DNA of 64,000 nt. Source: Nitrospirales bacterium. Its GTDB lineage: Bacteria; Nitrospirota; Nitrospiria; Nitrospirales; UBA8639. A model generated the notes under the pieces. It made no database searches. It was not told where the DNA came from and saw only the letters and a list, made by a program, of their open reading frames with translations. How positions within the stretch are numbered: the stretch's first letter is position 1; each line of letters opens with the position of its first letter. Location: positions 992,001-1,056,000 of the forward strand of contig OY729426.1 in NCBI GenBank assembly GCA_963422365.1, given 5' to 3'. The translations under genes and the position numbers were made by a program. This document shows, piece after piece, positions 1 through 7,838 of the stretch.

Positions 1-161
1 TCGGCTCAAGCTAGTGGGACCACAACCGACTGGAAATTGTTTTATCCCAGAACCGAGGTCCACTGCGCGCGCTGTGGCGGACACCTCGGCCATCTTTTCA
101 AAGATGGGCTACCGCCGACCGTGTATTCATTTCGCTGCCCTTCAGTTTCGGGTAGCCTATA
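1..161 (+). pseudogene. msrB: C-terminal part of methionine-R-sulfoxide reductase, frameshifted
   Basis: Frame +1 reads TDWKLFYPRTEVHCARCGGHLGHLFKDGLPPT. The expected GLRY is missing and CIHFAALQF continues in another frame. The gene start lies outside the window. Confidence 0.8.
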
Positions 162-317
162 AAGACGAGGAAGTCGGACTAGGCGCTCACAGACTGGGAC
201 GTGAGAGAGACGGTCTTTCGTGATAGCTCCGTCTGATCGAGAAGGGGTTTCTTCACCGAGAATCTTGGAGGAATTTAGCGGGCATCTGGGGGATGAAGCA
301 GATTCTGAAGGTCGCTC

Positions 318-506
318 TTACGCTTTTTGAATGAAGCCGGATCGTAGACACCGAGTACAGACCCGAATGCGTTGAGCCATGCCGTTTATTAACGCACGAA
401 CGGTTTGGAGGTTAGGTTGAAAGACCCGTTTCGTCTTATTATTGGCATGACTGACATTATGTCCGCTCATACGTTTTTTCCCACAAACTGAACAGGCAAA
501 AGCCAT
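318..506 (-). CDS. rpmB: 50S ribosomal protein L28
   Basis: [49 protein letters not shown] upstream of the ATG at 506. Confidence 0.97.
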   Translation of the reverse strand: MAFACSVCGKKRMSGHNVSHANNKTKRVFQPNLQTVRALINGMAQRIRVCTRCLRSGFIQKA

Positions 507-639
507 GTCGGTGACTCCTTTCATTCAAGAAAGCAAGTGAAACAGAACCTCTCTGATACCATACCGTTGATTCTTCTGACAAGCCTTCCTCAGGTGTTTC
601 CTGAACCTTGGCAAAAAATCTGAAGCACTCTGGAATTTC

Positions 640-3378
640 TTGTGCACACTTTGTACTATTCGCCCTGAGATGGAAATAGACGCGCCGGTGGACGCTCTGG
701 TCCAGGAGACGTTAGCGTCTCTTGTAGATCGATTGGATCGCACGATTCAATCGGTCTATGAGAATCAGGGAACCCCGGTGTCACCCACGACAGAGCTTGA
801 TTCGTTCGTTTCAACGCACATCGTCGAGGCTTTGCGGAATACGGTGTTTCCCGCACACGTCGAGGCGGAATTATTGGTGCTACATTTTTTGTTTCAGGGA
901 CAGGATCAGGAAGGGATAGCACGGACACCAAACCGATCTCCGATGAAGACCGTCGGAGACAGGTTAGAGACGGCCAGACGGATCCTGGCTCTTTTATCGA
1001 ACATGGCGCTTCAGCAACCTTCTGATTCCCCACCAGGCTTGGGACCCAACCCGGGTCGCAGGGTGACGGCTAATCAAAGTGATTCGCGATACGCGAAGAA
1101 GCCCCGTGATTCGTCAAACCGCATGTTACACGAGACAGACGTTCGGTTTGCCAAAGGGGTAGGCCCCAAACGTGCGTTGTTACTTGAAAAATTGGGTATT
1201 CGCACGATTGAAGATGCCTTGTGGTTTTTACCCTGGCGGTATGAGGATCGCTCCCGCATCGTGTCCATCTCTCAACTGGTTCCCGGCGAGAAAGCCACGA
1301 TTGCCGGAACCATCCATCAGGCCAGATTCCGGCGTACGCCACGACGTCATATGACCCTGTTCACGATGTTGGTTCGTGATGAAACGGGTGCCGTGGAAGT
1401 CGTGTTTTTCAATCAGCGTTATCTCGACAATGTGCTCAAAAACGGTTTGCGCGTGGTGCTCAGTGGCCCCGTGGTGGCGCACCCCCAGACAGGAGGGGTT
1501 CAAATGAGAACTCCTCAGTATGAGGGAGTGGATACGGATGAGGACCTGCTGCTCCACGTTGGACGCATTGTCCCCATTTATCATGAAACCCGTGGGCTGA
1601 GTTCCCGACATCTTCGCAGGGTCATGCGGAGCCTGCTGGAAGAGTACGGCTCTCACTTGCAAGACCCGCTTCCATCGCGTCTCCTGCAGCAACACCATTG
1701 GCCCTCCCTGGATGAGGCCATTGCGTCTCTCCATTTTCCAGGTAACCGTGAGGAACTGCCCTTGCTCAACAATTGGAAGACGTTGGCCCATCACCGGTTG
1801 GCCTTCGAAGAAGGCTTTCTTCTTCAACTGGCGTTGGCGCTCCGACAACGCATGAATCAATCAGCGGTACCCGGCATTGCCTTCCGGCTCACCGGAACGT
1901 TCACCGCACCGTTACGGAAGCAATTGCCGTTTCGACTCACGGAAGCCCAGCAACGGGTGATTGCCGAGATCGAAGCAGATATGCGTGCCCCCCGGCCTAT
2001 GAACCGGTTGCTCCAGGGAGACGTGGGGTCGGGTAAAACCATCGTGGCCCTGCATGCCATGTTGGTGGCCTGTGGGGACGGGTATCAAGCCGCCTTGATG
2101 GCCCCGACTGAAATTCTGGCGGAACAACACGTGTTGACCATCCTGCCCTACCTCGAATCTCTCGATGTTTCCGTTGCCTTTTTGACCGGAGGGATGTCGC
2201 AGAAGGAGCGGGCTGGTGTTTTAGAACGAGTCGCTGCGGGAGACGTGCAGCTGATCGTGGGCACGCATGCGCTGTTGGAACAGGACGTCCAATTCGCCAA
2301 GTTGGGAGTCGTGGTTGTTGATGAACAACACAAATTCGGCGTGCTTCAGCGCGGGAAACTTCGAGAAAAAGCCCTGCATCCCGACGTCTTGGTGATGACC
2401 GCCACCCCGATACCCCGTACCTTGGCCATGACGGTCTATGGAGACCTTGACATGTCCGTCATCGATGGGTTGCCTGCCGGGCGTAAACCCATTCAGACGC
2501 GAGTCTTTCGCTACAAGGCGCGGCCCAGGGCCTACGAGTTGGTGCGGAAGGAAGTCAACGCGGGGCGGCAGGCCTATATTGTGTATCCATTGGTGGAAGA
2601 ATCCGAAAAACTTGACCTCGAAGCGGCCCTGCAGGCGGCAGAACGCTTACAGGAACGAGAGTTCCCTGCGATGAGGGTGGAGGTCCTCCATGGACGCATG
2701 AAGTCCGCTGAGAGAGCCAAAATCATGAAGGCGTTTCGGGCTGGCGACGTTCAGGTCTTAGTCGCCACGACCGTGATCGAAGTGGGCTTGGATGTGCCCA
2801 ATGCCACGGTGATGGTGATAGAGCATGCCGACCGATTCGGGTTGGCCCAGCTCCACCAGCTTCGCGGGCGGGTCGGGCGTGGTGCGCAACGGTCGTTCTG
2901 TTTACTGATCAGTTCGGCTGGCAGAAGGACGGAGAGAAACGATCCCCCGATCCCAAACGTCGGGGACAGGCGTCAGGAGCAAAAGCCGGATGTCCCTACG
3001 ATGCAGGGGGCGTACAGTTTAGAGTTGCCATTCTCCACGGAGACGGCCGCGGAACTCACGCACAGACAGACCAAGCCGACGCAAACCGCGGAGCAACGTC
3101 TGAAAGCGATGGTGCATTGCGGCGATGGTTTTGCGATCGCCGAACAAGATCTCCAAATTCGTGGCCCTGGTGAAATGTTGGGAACACGGCAATGGGGGGT
3201 TCCTGAATTTCGAGTGATGAATCTAGTTCGAGATGCCGCGGTGTTGGAACAGGCGCGTCAAGAGGCGTTGGCCCTGATGAAGCAGGACCCTCAATTGTCC
3301 CATCCTGACCATCAACTGCTCAAGGCCAACATGTTGCGGAGATGGCAAGCCAAACTGGATCTAGGATCGATCGGATAA
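640..3378 (+). CDS. recG: ATP-dependent DNA helicase RecG (start uncertain, long N-terminal extension)
   Basis: MNRLLQGDVGSGKT, MAPTEILAEQH, DEQHKFG, MTATPIPRTL, HQLRGRVGRG, DLQIRGPGE. Confidence 0.96.
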   Translation: MCTLCTIRPEMEIDAPVDALVQETLASLVDRLDRTIQSVYENQGTPVSPTTELDSFVSTHIVEALRNTVFPAHVEAELLVLHFLFQGQDQEGIARTPNRSPMKTVGDRLETARRILALLSNMALQQPSDSPPGLGPNPGRRVTANQSDSRYAKKPRDSSNRMLHETDVRFAKGVGPKRALLLEKLGIRTIEDALWFLPWRYEDRSRIVSISQLVPGEKATIAGTIHQARFRRTPRRHMTLFTMLVRDETGAVEVVFFNQRYLDNVLKNGLRVVLSGPVVAHPQTGGVQMRTPQYEGVDTDEDLLLHVGRIVPIYHETRGLSSRHLRRVMRSLLEEYGSHLQDPLPSRLLQQHHWPSLDEAIASLHFPGNREELPLLNNWKTLAHHRLAFEEGFLLQLALALRQRMNQSAVPGIAFRLTGTFTAPLRKQLPFRLTEAQQRVIAEIEADMRAPRPMNRLLQGDVGSGKTIVALHAMLVACGDGYQAALMAPTEILAEQHVLTILPYLESLDVSVAFLTGGMSQKERAGVLERVAAGDVQLIVGTHALLEQDVQFAKLGVVVVDEQHKFGVLQRGKLREKALHPDVLVMTATPIPRTLAMTVYGDLDMSVIDGLPAGRKPIQTRVFRYKARPRAYELVRKEVNAGRQAYIVYPLVEESEKLDLEAALQAAERLQEREFPAMRVEVLHGRMKSAERAKIMKAFRAGDVQVLVATTVIEVGLDVPNATVMVIEHADRFGLAQLHQLRGRVGRGAQRSFCLLISSAGRRTERNDPPIPNVGDRRQEQKPDVPTMQGAYSLELPFSTETAAELTHRQTKPTQTAEQRLKAMVHCGDGFAIAEQDLQIRGPGEMLGTRQWGVPEFRVMNLVRDAAVLEQARQEALALMKQDPQLSHPDHQLLKANMLRRWQAKLDLGSIG

Positions 3379-3384
3379 ACGCCG

Positions 3385-3722
3385 ATGCGAGTCGCGGGTC
3401 TTGCTATCGGCACCCTCACGCGTCGGTTATTGGTAGCAGCGGTTTCCGCTGAGGCTGAGGGCCAGATTCACACCATCCACACCATCTATTCGGACCGAAA
3501 CATTTTGCAGTTGGGGAAGGAGTCAACTAAACCAAACGACTCAAACCGGAGGCCACGGTGCGCGTGATTGAGACGATTCGGAAGTGGAAAGCGATCATCG
3601 AGAGCCTTGGAGTCGAGCGGTATACGGCCGTGGCCCCCAGTGCCGTTCGACAAGCCGGGAATCGGGCAGAGTTTGTGGGGCGAGTCAAGTAAACAACGGG
3701 CGTCGAGGTCGAAATTTGGAGT
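3385..3722 (+). pseudogene. ppx: Ppx/GppA exopolyphosphatase remnant (frameshift, stops, truncated)
   Basis: MRVAGLAIGTLTRRLLVA..SDRNILQLG, then shifted frame GVN*TKRLKPEATVRVIETIRKWKAII..YTAVAPSAVRQAGNRAEFVGRVK*TTGVEVEI. Confidence 0.8.
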
Positions 3723-3849
3723 CCATCAATGGCTAAGATAGTGTTTTGTTTCGCTCAATTCGTGAACCGTATCCATCATGCGGCGGTAGTGGTTGCCGGG
3801 TATGCTGTCCATGCTCGCCTCCGCTTTCCCTGCATCTTGTCACGTATGC

Positions 3850-4284
3850 ATGCCGTTCACGAATCGCCCTTTTATTTTGGCCATAACCGGTGGGTTGCTC
3901 CTTTCAACATCGGCATTTGCGGCCAATCTTTCCGTGATTGTTGACGGAGTGACCGAATCGGATGGCACGATCAGGGTTGCTCTTCACGATGGCGCAACGG
4001 GTTTTCCAGATAAGCGGAAACCCGTGATGGGGAAGATCGTCAATGCCAAATCCTCACAGGTTATGGTGGTGTTCCCAAATCTTTCTCTGGGAAAATATGC
4101 CGTCGCGGCGTGTCACGACGCTGATGGAAACGGGAAGATAAACCGCAATCCGTTGGGTATGCCAACTGAGGTCTCTGGGTTTTCAAACAATGCCCGCGGC
4201 AGCTTCGGCCCGCCGAAATTCGAAAACGCCACATTCGCAATTGGAGATGGCGATGCCACGATAAGGTTCGCCATCGCGAAATAG
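3850..4284 (+). CDS. DUF2141 family exported protein
   Basis: Signal peptide ending AFA; GKYAVAACHDADGNGKINRNPLGMPTEVSGFSNN..FGPPKFENA. Confidence 0.85.
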   Translation: MPFTNRPFILAITGGLLLSTSAFAANLSVIVDGVTESDGTIRVALHDGATGFPDKRKPVMGKIVNAKSSQVMVVFPNLSLGKYAVAACHDADGNGKINRNPLGMPTEVSGFSNNARGSFGPPKFENATFAIGDGDATIRFAIAK

Positions 4285-4410
4285 CCATAAGCGTCAGGCG
4301 TCAGCTCGGGATGGCGTGCCGTCTGCTTCGCCGTCGTCCAAGGGAGAGCCGCACCGTGGCGGACTGTGCGCCGAGGGCCGGGGCCATCACCGGAGGCGAG
4401 CCACATCCCT

Positions 4411-5895
4411 CTACCGTTGACTATACCAGCGAAATCCTTGGGATTCTGTATAGGCGGGGCGGTGAAACCCTCCGGGTTTTTCCAGGATCAAGGCTTTAAA
4501 GTCCCATAACCCGAACCAAGCCGGATCGAGGATGTTATGGTAATGAAGGCCGGTCAGTTTGGTGAGCGTCTCCCCGAGGGTGTGCTGTAATTCCGATTCG
4601 GTATACGCCCGCACCGCGAATGTTTTTCCCTCTGCTTCCTGGAGGCGTCGTATCGCATAGGCGGCGCCGGTACAAAGAACTTGAGTATCCCGTCGAATCG
4701 AGAGGAGTTGAGGAAGCGCACAGTATTGTTCTCGAAATCCGAGCCATCGGGCCGTATGGCGGAGATAGGTGAATTGAACTTCGTATTCCGTATGGCCGGG
4801 CAGCCGCACAGGGTCAGGCCAGCCTGAATCAATCCCGAATTCAATGAGCAAGGCTCGCCCACCCGGCTTAAGCACGCGCCAGAGTTCGTGCAGGAATTGA
4901 ATGGCGCCATGGTTCAAGATCACTTCATCGGGATACGGGGTGTCCAGGTTCAATCGGAGTGTTCGAATCAGGTCCAAACTCTGCTGATGCTCGGGAGTCG
5001 TGCCCTTGCGAGTCTCCAGTTCTTCCTTGGATAAATGGATCGGGGTCATATCCGCCAGGTTTTCATTGTCAAGAACCAAGTCCACGCTGGCCGCGGCTAA
5101 GGGCAACTGTTCCGCGTTCGCATGCAGGATTCTGGCGTCCCATCCCGCTTTTCCGGCTAATGCGAATTGGGATTGAAGAAAGGCTCGGGTGAGATCCAAA
5201 AAGAGATATTCCACGCCGCGTCGTTCGAGTGGCGAAAATTCTTTTGCCATTTCCTGGGACAGATAGCCCAAGCCCGCGCCTACCTCCACGATCCGCTGAG
5301 GTTTCGGACTCCACCAGCCTAATTGCCTGAGAGTTTTGGCAAGCAATTGGCCATAGGACAATCCATGCAGCGCTTCACAGGGTTCTCGGAGGAGATGGGA
5401 AACCGTAGTTTCGACAATTTCGAAATGGCCATGATGGCTTTGAATCCCTTTATGATGAAACTCCGTGAGATGCTCCTCGCTTTCGACTGCCACGTTTTCA
5501 TGCCATTGTTCGCGCACGTTTTGGAGAAGGAGGTCCCACTTCGCATTGACGCTATGCCCACTTGGTGGGGTCGTCCCGAAATAACACAACGAATATCGGG
5601 GTAAGGACCACCGTTCGAGAAACCACCGGCCGGTTTCTTGATGAGAGCCACAGATCCATTTGCCGAATTGATCGAGGAGCGCGTTGATCGAAAGGCGGCC
5701 ATCCATGGCCCCAAGGAGAGATGCGCCCATTCGGTTCAGCCGGACTAAGGGCAAATCTTCATCAAGCGGCGTAACCCACCATTCCTGAGGCCCCTGTTGG
5801 TAGACCACGAGGTCCGGCATGCGCCAGGCTCGTTGTTGGAGAATCTCGCCCTCTAAGGCAAGGGGTTGAAGGGATGAGACACGGGAAGCGGTCAT
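4411..5895 (-). CDS. Class I SAM-dependent methyltransferase, MidA/NDUFAF7-like, with putative N-terminal PqqD/RRE-like domain
   Basis: IVEVGAGLG motif I, NENLADMTP, RVLKPGGRALLIEFG; N-terminal LVRLNRMGASLLGAMDGRLSINALLDQF. Confidence 0.75.
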   Translation of the reverse strand: MTASRVSSLQPLALEGEILQQRAWRMPDLVVYQQGPQEWWVTPLDEDLPLVRLNRMGASLLGAMDGRLSINALLDQFGKWICGSHQETGRWFLERWSLPRYSLCYFGTTPPSGHSVNAKWDLLLQNVREQWHENVAVESEEHLTEFHHKGIQSHHGHFEIVETTVSHLLREPCEALHGLSYGQLLAKTLRQLGWWSPKPQRIVEVGAGLGYLSQEMAKEFSPLERRGVEYLFLDLTRAFLQSQFALAGKAGWDARILHANAEQLPLAAASVDLVLDNENLADMTPIHLSKEELETRKGTTPEHQQSLDLIRTLRLNLDTPYPDEVILNHGAIQFLHELWRVLKPGGRALLIEFGIDSGWPDPVRLPGHTEYEVQFTYLRHTARWLGFREQYCALPQLLSIRRDTQVLCTGAAYAIRRLQEAEGKTFAVRAYTESELQHTLGETLTKLTGLHYHNILDPAWFGLWDFKALILEKPGGFHRPAYTESQGFRWYSQR

Positions 5896-6648
5896 TCAAT
5901 AACGCGAGTCGGCGGGGTTGGCATCAAAGACCATCCGATACATGCCCGCCCAGAATTCCAACCAAGCATCGGCTGCTTCTCGAGCGCCTTCGGCCACCCG
6001 ATGCAAGTCGTCCTCCGATCGGGCTGTCTTTCGAACGGCCTCAACCAACAAATTGCGATGGTGTTGTTCTTCAGCCAGATGTAAGGTAAAAAATTCTAAC
6101 TCTCCAGGATGAAATTGCTCATATTGTTCGAGGCCCGGCACAAAATATTTGAATTCGGATGCCGCGGTGGTTTCGACGGCTAATGCCGCTCCCAGCGCGG
6201 TTACATGTCCGGAATGAAAGAATAATCGCCGTAAGGTGTCGAGGTAGGTCGTCACTGCAGGGATCGGGATGGTGTGTTGGACATCCTGAGGCTGGAGCCC
6301 AATGGCATACGCAAACCGCTCGAGTTGCCGGATATGCACATGGGCCGGTGAGCCACTGCCCAACTCCGAGTACAGGGTCTTGGCCAACTCGGTTCGCATT
6401 TCCGTCTCGTGGATCGGGGTGTGATATAACAGGCCTTCGAGGACTTTGACGAAATGGAAGCAAAAGTAATGGTATTGCCGAACAAAGGCCCGAAGCTGTC
6501 GAGGCTGAAGTTGTCGAGCCCTAAACGTTCGGAAAAATTCGTTGGTCGTAACCGGATGTGCCTGGAGTTCTACGACAAGCGATTCGACATCAAAAGGGGT
6601 AGCTTGAACAGGGCTCATGCAATTCACACCAAGAATGGAAAAACTCAT
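5896..6648 (-). CDS. Heme-oxygenase-like diiron oxidase (TenA/PqqC/CADD superfamily); start may be 6618
   Basis: Helical protein with SELG-x6-H, AVE and FFTLHLAEEQHH metal-ligand pattern. Confidence 0.85.
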   Translation of the reverse strand: MSFSILGVNCMSPVQATPFDVESLVVELQAHPVTTNEFFRTFRARQLQPRQLRAFVRQYHYFCFHFVKVLEGLLYHTPIHETEMRTELAKTLYSELGSGSPAHVHIRQLERFAYAIGLQPQDVQHTIPIPAVTTYLDTLRRLFFHSGHVTALGAALAVETTAASEFKYFVPGLEQYEQFHPGELEFFTLHLAEEQHHRNLLVEAVRKTARSEDDLHRVAEGAREAADAWLEFWAGMYRMVFDANPADSRY

Positions 6649-6798
6649 ATCACCCGATATGACCTATGATAACGGTGACTGAACCCAGATTACACGATGC
6701 TCTTGGCCCGTCGCAAGGCAGCGAGGTGACGAAAGACGGTGTCGCGGCTTTCGGGTGGGCTGTCCTTCGTGCTGTCATCCTGCACAACGCGCACAGGT

Positions 6799-6887
6799 TG
6801 TCATCCTGAGCGTAGCAAAGGATCTGTTTTTACAGGCTCTCGTTCAATTTTAGACCGACAGATTCTGTGCCTGCGGCTTAGAATGAC
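6799..6887. repeat. REP-like palindromic doublet (TGTCATCCTGAG..GGATCT / AGATTC..AGAATGAC family)
   Basis: Inverted halves between the xth stop and the oxidase start; related half copies at 26664-26694 and 29814-29863. Confidence 0.7.
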
Positions 6888-6948
6888 GATGGGGGTCGCT
6901 CAGAAGGACACAGGAAGGATTCCTGCCAGGCTTTTCAACACCTAGAGG

Positions 6949-7743
6949 TCAGCCCCCTCTCTCCATCTGCAACTCACACCACACAGGCGTATGGTCAGAA
7001 GGTTTCTCTTTCCCGCGTGGGCCTTTGTCGACCCCGGAGGCCACGAGCCGGTCGGCAGCCTGCGGAGAGAGGAGCAAGTGATCAATCCGTAACCCGTGGT
7101 CCTTGTTCCAGCACCCGGCCTGGTAATCCCAAAAGGTGTACACGCCCATGTGCGGGTGACGGGCCCGAATCGCATCGGTGAGTCCCAGGTAACATAAGGT
7201 CTGAAATCGGGCGCGGGTCTCGGGGTGACAGAGCGCGTCATTGGCAAACCCCTCAGGGTCGTACACGTCATCATCCGTGGGACAGACATTATAATCGCCG
7301 CCCACCACGAACGGATCCTCATACGTAAGCGAGGTGTGAACGTGGGCAATCAGGCGATCCATCCACGCTAATTTGTAGGAAAATTTTTCCGTCTCGATCG
7401 GATTGCCGTTCGGCAGATAAATCGACGCGACGCGGACAGAGCCCTGAACGGAGCCAATCGTGGCTTCGATGTACCTGGCCTGCGCATCGGTTAAATCGCC
7501 TGGCAGCGTCCGCTGTTCGACTTCAATGGGCTGCTTCGCGAGAATCCCTACGCCATTGAAAGTTTTCTGTCCGACGAGAGCGACGTGATAGCCGATGTCT
7601 TCAATCTCGGATTGGGGAAAACTCTCTTCCAGAGATTTCAGTTCCTGAAGCAACAGGACATCAGGACTCGCCTCTCTCAGATAAGCCGTGACATGCGGCA
7701 GCCGGACTTTAATGGAGTTCACATTCCATGTGGCGATCTTCAT
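6949..7743 (-). CDS. xth: Exodeoxyribonuclease III
   Basis: MKIATWNVNSI, LQELK, YLPNGN, GDYN, RIDHLL, PSDHTPV. Confidence 0.96.
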   Translation of the reverse strand: MKIATWNVNSIKVRLPHVTAYLREASPDVLLLQELKSLEESFPQSEIEDIGYHVALVGQKTFNGVGILAKQPIEVEQRTLPGDLTDAQARYIEATIGSVQGSVRVASIYLPNGNPIETEKFSYKLAWMDRLIAHVHTSLTYEDPFVVGGDYNVCPTDDDVYDPEGFANDALCHPETRARFQTLCYLGLTDAIRARHPHMGVYTFWDYQAGCWNKDHGLRIDHLLLSPQAADRLVASGVDKGPRGKEKPSDHTPVWCELQMERGG

Positions 7744-7838
7744 ACAAGGAGATTCTAGAGAGTTCGATTGATCCGTGGCAATTGTTTCAGGAATCAAATC
7801 GGTAAGGAAGGCACGGGTTTCAATTGAACGCAGCAACG

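Noticed and set aside
5896..6648. Calling the oxidase PqqC or CADD (pABA synthase)
   Set aside because: No pqq or folate gene context, and the CADD substrate Tyr position appears to be Phe; left as a generic HDO.
6649..6940. RiPP precursor peptide upstream of the oxidase
   Set aside because: No short ORF with a credible RBS seen; much of the region is a REP doublet.
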